A stretch of DNA of 64,000 nt from Paraphysomonas bandaiensis (taxonomy: Eukaryota; Protista; Chrysophyceae): contig CBFFRP010000212.1 in the NCBI GenBank assembly GCA_965644295.1, forward strand, positions 1 to 64,000, in the 5' to 3' direction. Of this stretch, positions 1 to 10,005 are shown in pieces. Both the position numbers and the translations under genes were made by a program. The first letter of the stretch is position 1. The number at the start of each line of letters is the position of its first letter. The notes under the pieces are model-generated. The model had not been told where the DNA came from. It searched no databases and worked only from the letters and a program-made list of their open reading frames with translations.

Positions 1-1778
1 TCACCTGATGCCATTCTCCATCTTACCTCTTCAGCTAACTCTCCTTTGAATACTGTTCCTCCTCTTATCTCCGCTAATATTCTCATGGGTGACATATTCG
101 CAGTATGCGCTGCTGCATAAAGACTATCAAAGAACTGGACACAATCCACTCTCTTCACCATTCCTGCTGAGCGTCCTAAAGCATCAAAGTCTATAGGTTG
201 GAATCCCAGCTTTCCTGCGGTCTCCATCCTCATCCATCGAGGTATGGGTATCTTCCCCAACAAGTCAAACACATGCTGCGCAACATTCCGAGTCCTCAGA
301 AAACTCTGACACTTTTCCTCTAACTGCCGATCCAGACTACTCTTGTACTCCTTTCCCACCATATTACACCAGCGGCAGAATGTCTTATATCCACATGTCT
401 CTGCTTCTTCCCGTGTCATAGTCTGTATTACTGATAAAGGCCCTCTCATAACTCCCTTCCTATATACTCCTGCGTCGTTCTCCCAGTCATCACTATCTGT
501 TTCATCAACTTCCTCCATTACACGCATCCTGTCTAAGGTCCTTCTATTGCTATCACACATGCTCTCTCCTTTCTGTATCCACAACATCCTTGCCTTCTCT
601 GATAACTCCTTCCTAGCAGCTAATAGCGCCTCTTGCTGAGCCTCCACATACTGTATCCTCTCCCCTATTCGGTTTAGTTCAGTCAGCTGGCTGAGCATCT
701 TTATACCCGTCTCCATACTACCACTCAACAGTCTTCTTCGATTCCGGAGCCAATATTCACACGCCTGACGGTGCGCTGCAGTCAACCCCTCATTCCCTAC
801 TCCTATCTCTAATTCTTTCATCAACAGTCGATGCAACTCTCTTTCACTCTGTACACTTCTACTTAATCTCCCAATCTGTCCTTTTACACTCCGTTCTCTA
901 CTAGGCTCCACCAGCCATTCAGGTACTCTCATCTGCTTTTCTATCTCTTCTCCAAGACCTCTGGATAGGTCCCTAAAATTCACTTCTCTCACAGAATCCT
1001 CTCGTTTACTATATCCAGGACCTCCTGATGGGCCCCTCACATCTTCTGCACTTGCATACTCATCTCTTCTACTATATCTAGGACCTCCTGATGGGTCCCT
1101 CAAATCTTCATCTTTCATATAATCATCTCTTCTGTCATATCCAGGACCTCCTAATGGGCCCCTTAAATCTTCATCTTTCATATAATCATCTCCAGGACCT
1201 CCTAATGGGCCCCTTACATCTTTATCTGTTGCATAATCCTTTCTTCTAATATATCCAGGACCTCCTGATGGGCCCCTCACATCATCTGCTCTTGCGTAAA
1301 CATCTCTCCTTTTAATCTTCTCTTCTTTTCCTGTGCTCCTCCACGAGCTCTTCATATCATCTCTACTACTCCTATCCCCCATCTCCAGGTCTCTGCCTCC
1401 AAGAATAGGATCACGCATCCATTCTATCTGCTCTGTAGACCTTCCAGACCAATTGGGTTGGGTTCCACCTTTCCTGTCATCCATACTCTGCATCCTCAGC
1501 CCGTGCTCCAATAGGTCCTTCTGTGCATGGGACCGCAGTTCCTCCTTAGTCTCCTGTCTCTCCTCTCCCTCATGGTCTAGGCTGATACTCTCAATGTTTC
1601 CCTCTTCTGGCAAAGGCTCTCTCCGAGATCGTGCCGATAGTGCGCTGGGTGACGCATGGCTGAGTTGATCACTCTCAACCACTGTACCCAGCCCACGTTG
1701 TCCACCAAGTGTAACGACTACGGGTGATTGAGCCTCGCTATCATGACTAACATTGCTGGTCTTATCATCCCTGTCCAT
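1..1778 (-). CDS. Gag-like ORF of an LTR retrotransposon, running off the left edge (>590 aa)
   Basis: Manual translation from ATG 1778 (MDRDDKTSNVSHDSEAQ...) stays open to position 1; absent from the ORF track because no stop lies in the window. Intronless, directly downstream of a TG..CA LTR and primer-binding site (PBS). No pol motifs are visible, so Gag identity is positional inference. Confidence 0.7.
   Translation of the reverse strand, partial: MDRDDKTSNVSHDSEAQSPVVVTLGGQRGLGTVVESDQLSHASPSALSARSRREPLPEEGNIESISLDHEGEERQETKEELRSHAQKDLLEHGLRMQSMDDRKGGTQPNWSGRSTEQIEWMRDPILGGRDLEMGDRSSRDDMKSSWRSTGKEEKIKRRDVYARADDVRGPSGGPGYIRRKDYATDKDVRGPLGGPGDDYMKDEDLRGPLGGPGYDRRDDYMKDEDLRDPSGGPRYSRRDEYASAEDVRGPSGGPGYSKREDSVREVNFRDLSRGLGEEIEKQMRVPEWLVEPSRERSVKGQIGRLSRSVQSERELHRLLMKELEIGVGNEGLTAAHRQACEYWLRNRRRLLSGSMETGIKMLSQLTELNRIGERIQYVEAQQEALLAARKELSEKARMLWIQKGESMCDSNRRTLDRMRVMEEVDETDSDDWENDAGVYRKGVMRGPLSVIQTMTREEAETCGYKTFCRWCNMVGKEYKSSLDRQLEEKCQSFLRTRNVAQHVFDLLGKIPIPRWMRMETAGKLGFQPIDFDALGRSAGMVKRVDCVQFFDSLYAAAHTANMSPMRILAEIRGGTVFKGELAEEVRWRMASG
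1005..1290 (-). repeat. Coding tandem repeat in the Gag-like ORF, 5 units of 63 nt (one spacing of 51 nt), D(V/L)RGP(S/L)GGPGY
   Basis: ccaggacctcct(g/a)atgggcccct-like core at 1015, 1078, 1141, 1192 and 1255. Confidence 0.9.
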
Positions 1779-2076
1779 GTGCACAGGTGATGTGGGGTAG
1801 GATAGTCTTCTCACAACACTCTTCACTTAACTTCCTCTTCTTACTCTTTACTTCGCTACTTCTTAACTTTCAACAACTACGATATCAACTTTCACTATTA
1901 TATCTAAAACTCCATATCCTTCTACCTATATCCCCATAGTTAATTCTAGAAGTGGTTTCCCAGCCATAAATAGCTAGTTTTCTACTTCCAGAAATAATCA
2001 TATAGAAATCCCTTAACATCCTGCTATCTACTTCTATATCATCCTACAGAATACCTACGTATACCATCATAATACT

Positions 2077-2289
2077 GTACGGGTTACCATGAACGTCCGT
2101 TACATCCGTATGTACGGATAGTCACGGTACACTCCAACCCTATATCTGGTCTTAATACTCGTATCTTCTAATCTAATTTATCTACCATCTACATCTCATC
2201 TCATACTACAACCTACATCACTTCATCTTATTCTTCAGCCATAACAACCTCCTAAATCACCCATACTTGTCATACCCAATTTTGCTACA
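2077..2289 (-). mobile_element. Putative 5' LTR (2090-2289, 200 bp) plus PBS (2077-2089)
   Basis: The minus strand starts TGTAGC at 2289 and ends ...GGACGTTCA at 2090. It is followed immediately by TGGTAACCCGTAC, complementary to a tRNA 3' ...CCA, about 300 bp upstream of the Gag-like ATG. The second LTR is outside the window. Confidence 0.6.
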
Positions 2290-2546
2290 TGAGTTATGTG
2301 ATTATGAAGACTAATTTATGACACACAAGACACACAAGCATGCGCAATACATATCAATATATATATTGCGAGGCAAAATTTCGATAAAATAACAATAAAT
2401 ATATATATTGTAGTAAGCAAAAGTATATAATATATAATTGCAATCCAATATATTATTTTACCTGGCCCTGCTCGCCTGCGTGTAGAAATGGTTTTTACTT
2501 TTTTCTAAGCATATCAATTATAAAAAACAAGAAACGACTTTTTATG

Positions 2547-4214
2547 TATTGAATGTCTGATTATTTAGCAATAGGCGTTGAAAGCCTGCACCAATTAGTG
2601 GCTAGAAGAATGCTAGTCATACTAGTTAGACTACTACCCGTAACTAATCAATACAAACTCTTTTATCCTACTATTTAACGCTACAGAAGCTGCTTGTGCG
2701 TCGCCGCAAGCACCAAGGTGCAACCACTTCCGTTCTTAGTGTGTGTTATGAGGCTCGCCATGATCGTGTGTCCTGGGACTCACCGGCGCGTGTGATCTGG
2801 AGGTCTCCTCTTGGGATGAGACTCCACTCGCTATATGATAGATAGCCTTATGTACCTCACGGGGACTGACTTATTAGCCTTATGGCAGTTAGGGGAAACA
2901 GTAATATGCCCTTCTGAGATTGGCGATCTGGTGGCCTTCCTTTAGGCATTGTTCCAAGTGGCTCGGAGGTATGTGGATGAAGGTCTTGCAAAAGGTTATG
3001 GCCTACTGTGAAGAAGCGTCGAAATCGGCTCTTTTGCTGTCTTAGCCAGCGGTAGAGAACACATGCAAGAGGGTGTATAGCTGTACAGGGGTGGGATGTG
3101 AGGGTCATCCGGTGTGTCCAGCTACAGGGAGTCGAGAGGGAGTGTGATGGTGCAAGAGAGGCAACATCTGATTGAGGGGAGTGAGACTGCGCAACAGAAC
3201 AAGAGTCACTGAGGTCGAGTACTCTGATAGACCTATGCACGAGATGATCGTGATGATGATGATGGTCTGGAGGAGACACTCGGACGTCCTCAGCTGCTCT
3301 TGTTAGTGTCTGTGTTGGTGCAGGGGGTACAGACTGAGGCATAGAGAGTGTGTGTAAGGAAGATGACGGCAAGGTATCAGAGACGAAGGGAGGGGAGATG
3401 GTTTGTCTGGGGGTTTTCTAGGAGGAGGTAGAGTGTACTGTGTGTGTGTATGACACTGCAGTGGTGTTATGAGTGTGTTGGACAGAGAGAGAGAGCTGGT
3501 GATGTGTCCAGCAGTACAGGTAGACAGGTACATGGACATGGTGATGTGTCCAACAGCAGTAGAGGTATACACGGAATGGTATACATCCTGTAGGACACAG
3601 TAGTACAGTAGTCGAGTATACCGTATGCGGAATACAGTGTCTATCCAATGAGATGGATGGGCTGTGGGGGTGATAGGTGAACAGGGTGAGGGGGTAGCCT
3701 GCTGGGTGGATGGACCACAGACAAACCATGTTGGGTTGGGCTGGGTTGTCGTCAGGAGACGGCCCTGTTGTGCAGTGGAGAGGTGTCGAGAGGAGACAGG
3801 GGTTGCAGAGAAGGTACATGGGGGCCGTTTGCGTGGATCTGCTCGCACGAGCCATGCTGTAAGTGGTTGTATCCGTAGAGAACCGTGTAGGAGACGAAGG
3901 TGTCTCCTTAGGTGATAGCATATGCATGCGGTCAGCGCTGCATTGGTGCAGGCACGTTGTTTAACTGAAGTAGTTGAGTAGGGTGAAGGTTGCAAGGCCA
4001 GGCAGGGGGACTTGGAGCGTGTACAACATGGTGTGACAGGTAATTTGTCGGAAGCGTGGTGGTCAACAAAATGCAGCAGTAAGGGAGTGTAAAAGGCCCT
4101 GGGCACACTGATGTGACTCAGCCACGGTCTCAATAGAGACATTGGGCTTGGAGCTGGTTAATAGGGTGAAACTTTATGTTGGACTGTATTTGCCATCGTA
4201 GGGCAGAGAATTAT
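2547..4214 (-). mobile_element. 5'-truncated non-LTR retroelement copy D, sharing its 3' tail with copies B and C
   Basis: 2550-2737 aligns with 12800-12990 and, more loosely, 30205-30348. Possible 10-bp TSD ACTTTTTATG at 2537-2546 and 4215-4224. The body holds only low-complexity ORFs, so the 5' boundary is tentative. Confidence 0.6.
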
Positions 4215-4448
4215 ACTTTTTATGAAGACCTTGTTGTGTTTCTGACACACTGAAAAGATTTACGTTCGAGCCAGTCATTTTTTATCAATACTATTTGATT
4301 AAAAGGATGGAGATCCCTTTCATGTGTTTAGTAAGAGCTGATCACATCAAAAGCTAAGAAAATGTTGATAGGATATATTCCACTTTAATCTTAACACTGA
4401 CAAATAGTTTATGACAAATAGACACCACTAGCTAACACAAGTTACGTA

Positions 4449-7400
4449 CTACACTAGACTATTTTGCTTTTCGCTCCACAACCAGTCCGCCATCGAATCG
4501 ATCCAATGTCCAGCAACTGGGAAGCGACCAAGTTTCACATCCTGCACATTGAACATTACTCGTACAACAATCCATATCATTAAATGACCTTCAAATCCGT
4601 GCCATTCTTATCAAAATTTTCTTCTTGTAGACCAGTGGCCCCTATTCTACTGGAGAGAGTGCTTAACCAATACGGAAGAGTGTATTTTGGTAGCGCCATA
4701 TCGAGTTCCAGTTGACGCCCAGTGCTATGACGAATATCTGTCTTGCAGGCCCCACAAAGTCGAAACTAAAAAAAATCACAATTCAGGCAAAAATAATCCC
4801 TCTACACACCTGTTTTCGTTCATGTGGATCTAATTCAGTCATGCGATCATAAGTCTACAACCAAGTTATCAAGAGATTCAATGATAATTATACACTTTTA
4901 CCTCTGAAAAACTATCCGGCAAGCAATCTGCAATATCAACGTAAGGGGCATCGTCGTTGCAGAACACTCCTCCGCATCGTCGACAATGGTGTTTCCGATA
5001 AAACAGAGTGAACTGCACAGCGCACTTCTTGCAGTGCCAAGCGCTATCATCAGATACCCATAAAGCATCTCCCTCGCACAGCGCCCAGGAGCCACTCATA
5101 AACTGACGTACAATTTCAGTCTTTGTTAATTCTTTCTCGGTGAGGCAGCGATTAGAATTTTCGAAATGAGTGGATGGCACTGATGACTTGGCGCTTTTGA
5201 TTTCCTTGCGGTCTGACATCGGCACCAGCGTTTGTTCCATGCGAGAATCATCAGTTTTGAAATCGTGTACATCGTACGATTTTTCGCTCGAAGGGTGGGT
5301 GAGACTACTATCTGCCATGGAAAACAAACGTGCATCTCTATTAAGAAGAGTGTATAATGATTTCATTTCTCGTCTAAAAAAGAGGTGCTGCGGATCCTCA
5401 TCACAAACATCGCGCGCTAAGACAGACGGAGAACCCTCTCGGTCAAATACACCTGGCGTTAATCGATCAATGCAACCGCATTCAGACCCCCGTTGCTCAC
5501 AAATATCGCACACATCCGAAGCAATGCTATCGTGCCTTAACTTAAACATCTCTCCCAGTATCTTGGGGTCATGGTGATCGCAAAAATCGGCTGTAAGCGT
5601 GTTCCGTGATTCCTCAGCACCGAAGACAAGTGGCAAAAGTAGTGCTTGCCAAGGCTGCAGTTTCACCAGATAGGCAGCGTCATCCCTGTAGCCCACCCAA
5701 TAGAGAGGTACGCCGTCAGAATTGACACGAAAGTCGTCATCACATGCATTAGATATTGCACTGGGCCTGTCATGAGCACTCTGATTTCCACTATGCGTGA
5801 GTGACATTCTACTTGCTAATTTTTTGAACCCAATACCTAGAGCAACACTGAGTCTTTTCTTGCGTGTCATTTTGATACCCGTATTGTCACTAAACTGTTC
5901 TGAGCCTGAATCTACATTTCTTTTTGCAATACATACATCATCTTGAGACATTGTAATGTTGTGGCAGCCTCCAGAAATATCGCCCTTGTTTTGGAGAGGC
6001 GTGTCTGCAGAAATGGTTCGTTGCTTCAATTTACCAGTAGAGCCCTTCACCCAACTAAGTATATCAGGAGTTAAAGACGCAGACCGGTGACGAGTAACTG
6101 ATGTTGGTCCCACTGAATCGCACTCTGTTGAAGCTTCAGGGGCGAAATGAGGTAAATTTGTACTACTTCTAGAATCATCGCTAGTTTTGGGTCGACTTTC
6201 AGTCGAAATTCGTGAAAATATGGCTAAACGACTCTTTTTCACTGGAACGATGTCCACATCGCTGTCGACATCATCAGGATCACTTTCACAATCTCGTAGA
6301 AAATTTTGAACAGCCACCCCGGCGCTACCAAAACCACTGTCAATGCTGTCATCATCACTCGACTCAAATGTCGCCGCAGTTGTCACGCCGAGTGGATCAG
6401 GTGTAGAAGGTAGTTTTTCACCCATGTCGTTCTCACTATTCGCGATGGGTAATACACTATCACTGGCACCAAATATACCACTTCGCTTCTCTGACTCACT
6501 TGAGTCCACCTCTCGCGACTTGAAGATATGCACATAGCTGTCGTCTGTTCTAATCTCCACCTCATCACCAGCTGCAGTTTTCACAACTGCATTTTCATCG
6601 TCGCACTTAGACATTGCAGCTAGTGACAGCTGAGCGGTATCACATTTATTTTCGGTGCGGGCTCGAGACAAAATTCGAGTGTGAGACAGAGCTGACGAGG
6701 AAGAAGGTGTCGGTACAGACGACCACACACAAGTATGGTGTCTTGTACAGGGCATGCAAAATGCGACCCCACACATGGCACAATTAGCTTTCCGCGAATT
6801 CGTTGCAGAAAATAGTGTATGACACCCCACACAAGACTTCTCCCGTAGAACAAACGAAGCGGCCGACCCTGAATGCGATACCAGATCCCGAGGTGTAGTG
6901 AGGCAGGCGGCAGAGTGACTTGAAGTGACTGGAGAGAGGGCCCCTGGTATCGCAGGATCTGCCCCTGCCAACAAAAGGACCCGCACAACGTCAGGGCGAT
7001 TGTGCGCAGCGGCGAAGTGCAAAGGAGTGCGCAGCCATCTGTCTTGCGAATTGGGATCTGCGCCACCGACAGCTAAAAAAAATGAAACCACACGAATGTG
7101 GGCGTTAACGGTTATAGAATAGCGCAGAAGATGGTCCGCCATATTGTACCGCGACAAATCACTGGTCATGCATGCTACACACTCTTCCCACTTTTGGTTG
7201 AGCTGTATCCAAAGTGCCACGCGGTCGCACATTTCAATAACTTGTTTCAGCTCATATGCCCGAGATATCAAATGTGGGTCAGCTAGGAACATAAAATACG
7301 CCTCATATGAACCTGCCGCATCAGAGTTGGACAGTGTATCTCTCGAAGTGTACGTCGGACGACGAGTGAGACTGTGCCTAAGAGATTGAGCAGGTTCCTC

Positions 7401-9445
7401 TTCCAACGCCTCATTAGCCTCTGCATAAATGCGTGAGCAGTCAGAATCCGACATAACCTTTTGATCGACCCCGCCGGTCAAATCAATATACATTCGGTCA
7501 GTTCTGATGTCATTCTTAAGATTGAGATGGGGAGATTGTTTTGACACAGTTGTCAACGAATCTGTGCTAGCAACATTCGATTTAACCACACTTTCATTCG
7601 AAACTCTCTCCACCAGCTCCAAAATCACTCCTCGGACAATATCGGCATCTGCACTTCCAGTTCTCCTATCCATAGGCGATCTATTTCCTCCAGCACACAT
7701 TATACCAGGGGTACGCATAGACATATTTCCATTCAAATCATTTGTAGACCAGGTACACAAATCCCCTCCACTTGAATTGCGACTCAAGTTTTGACTACTG
7801 TGCCGATCTTTCACCCATCGCCCGGTATCAGCATCACGTTCCTGCATAGCTGTCCTCGCCTCCGTCAAGTATCGTGTTCGCAAAGACAGCAGCATCTCAG
7901 CACGCATGTCTTCAGTATATCGCGGGTCAAGCATATGAACTTCCTGTGAGCTGGTGGAAGGTAATCTAACAGGTACTAGCCGAATCCGTAAAGCCCGTAA
8001 GACCACCTCCTCCGTGGATACAGTTAGACATAAATGACGAAACTCCTTGAGCAATTCCTCTGTTGCCATCGAAAGTAGTTGGCTCTCTAAGCTTTCCATG
8101 ATTGCCAATGCGCAGCGAAGCTGTACATCCTGTAGACCTGCAAAAAAAAGGTCCCATACTGCAACTGTGAGATCAAATGGACACGCTAGAGTGAACAGAG
8201 TCGTGAACCACTCGATCGAGTAGAAAGGTGCGATGAACCCCCTGCACAGCACTGTAAGGAAAATCGCAATGATAATGAACAGGTTAGTAGCTATTTTGCC
8301 GTCCTCAAATATTAATAATGCGTAGTTAGCTTATACCAACATCACATATGCAACTTCAAGTGGTTTACACTGAATAACAAAAACATAATTGCACTGGTAA
8401 GACACAACAGGACATAACACATCTACCCTACACAAAGTAGCACTCACCTTTCCTTCAGTGTCGCAGCTAGAACAGGAAGTCGATGTCCTAACTGCATTTC
8501 AAATACCTCCATGAAGTCAGACAACACAGGAAGTTTGGTTTCATACAAACAGCATATATGTCGGTTTCGAAGAGCGTACAGGAACAAACAGAAGGAGTCT
8601 TCTTCGGAAGACATCTGCGATAAAGAGATGATGATAGAACAATGTTCGTCAGGAATCAAAGATTACCAATCTAAAAATTGACATAAAACAATCACAACAT
8701 ATAATACGAACTGTAGTCTTGATTGATACTGGCAACTAACGTGATATGTATTACCTTCAGGAGGAAGTCAACAACATAGTTCATTCCTTGACAATACCCC
8801 ATCGAATCCGTTATGCTGAGGGCAGTTAGAACCCTATGCATTGCACGTGCTGTCCCAGCTTTGCCTAAAAGGGTACATCTCATACATACGAACTGGATAT
8901 TTTATGAAAACACAATACCCAAATCTGATGTGTCACCAAAGACTTTCGGACCGTCTTTTACAGCACCGACAGTTCGCAGTACATCTCTACACAATTGTTG
9001 GCATAAAAACTAAATTGAGTTGAGAGAATTGCACCATACTTTTCAATAATCTCCCCATCTTCGCATCCTAGGCCTTTAACACAATGATAGAGATACATGT
9101 AGCTCGACACCAGTCCTTTAGGTATCATATCCATCCACCTACACCCCCGACAGAGTTCACGTAACGCGATCCGATCAAAGTGTGCTATTTCATCATGCTT
9201 GACATGCTCCTGTATCCTTTGCCAAAAGCGAACTGCAGCATGAGAGCATTTATTAGCACCGGACACAATCCACAGACTACTTACAGTTGCCGCTCCTCCT
9301 GTCAGTGAGGGATGCCCTCTCAGCAGTCGAATTGTCTTTAAATAAGTAAGATATTATTAGTTTCAGTAAATACTTCAATACCACTTCTGAAAGAATCCGA
9401 ATTGCTCGCCCTGCCACTGACGGCAGGTTGACTCTCAAACTGCAT
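4449..9445 (-). CDS. Rab-GAP TBC domain + ankyrin repeat + FYVE domain protein (multi-exon)
   Basis: TBC motifs MGYCQGMNYVVDFLL and WFTTLF. Ankyrin TPLHFAAAHNRPDVVRVLLLAGADP. Internal FYVE-like CxxC cluster. C-terminal WVSDD..CKKC..RKHHCRRCG..RLCGAC spans GT-AG introns. Predicted ATG 9445, stop 4449-4451. Confidence 0.85.
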
Positions 9446-9834
9446 TGGCGCCAAGATTATTCCACCTCAACTCAACTCAGTTCGGTCTAAATTCAGTTCC
9501 CAACGCAAATAATTACTCAGGATGTCTGTGTGATCATTGTCATCTTCGAAGCATATTTAAAGCACTTGATTTCTGCGAGGCATTAAAATAGATTTAACAC
9601 AATCGCATCGCACTCTGATGATGGTACTGTCGAAATCAGCTCAGCTGATATGCAGTCACCAACAGCACTGTATCTACTGGATATTATTTGTGCTGAATAG
9701 CAGGATTTTAGGAAAACAGCCTAATTTTTAGGATGGTGTGGGAAGAATTGCTCGGATACATATCCGGATATCTAGGGTATGTGCAGCAGTGTGTTATACG
9801 TAGTACATCCGTGCTTTTTCGTACAGCACGTCGT

Positions 9835-9852
9835 TCGTAGGAATTCCTACGA
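9835..9852. promoter_or_regulatory. Palindromic candidate cis-element TCGTAGGAATTCCTACGA in a bidirectional promoter
   Basis: Perfect 18-bp palindrome; the core recurs at 23859-23870 and 59233-59250, each upstream of gene starts. Confidence 0.4.
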
Positions 9853-10005
9853 GCAGTATGAATAGGAATCCCTCCAAAACTGGATTTTCCTTCCCATACG
9901 ATCCCAGTCACGCACTTTTGTTCTTCTACAGCCAATGTTTTTTACGTCAATGTACAGCACAGATCACAGCGATGCACATATCCATGATATAGCCTAGCTG
10001 TCAAA

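Noticed and set aside
1005-1290. CRISPR-like repeat-spacer pattern
   Set aside because: The spacers are similar to each other and in frame. It is a coding repeat in a eukaryotic retroelement with no cas genes.
343-1668. Plus-strand Ser/Leu-rich ORFs 343-639 and 1333-1668, and similar antisense ORFs over real genes
   Set aside because: Shadow frames of the minus-strand coding sequence.
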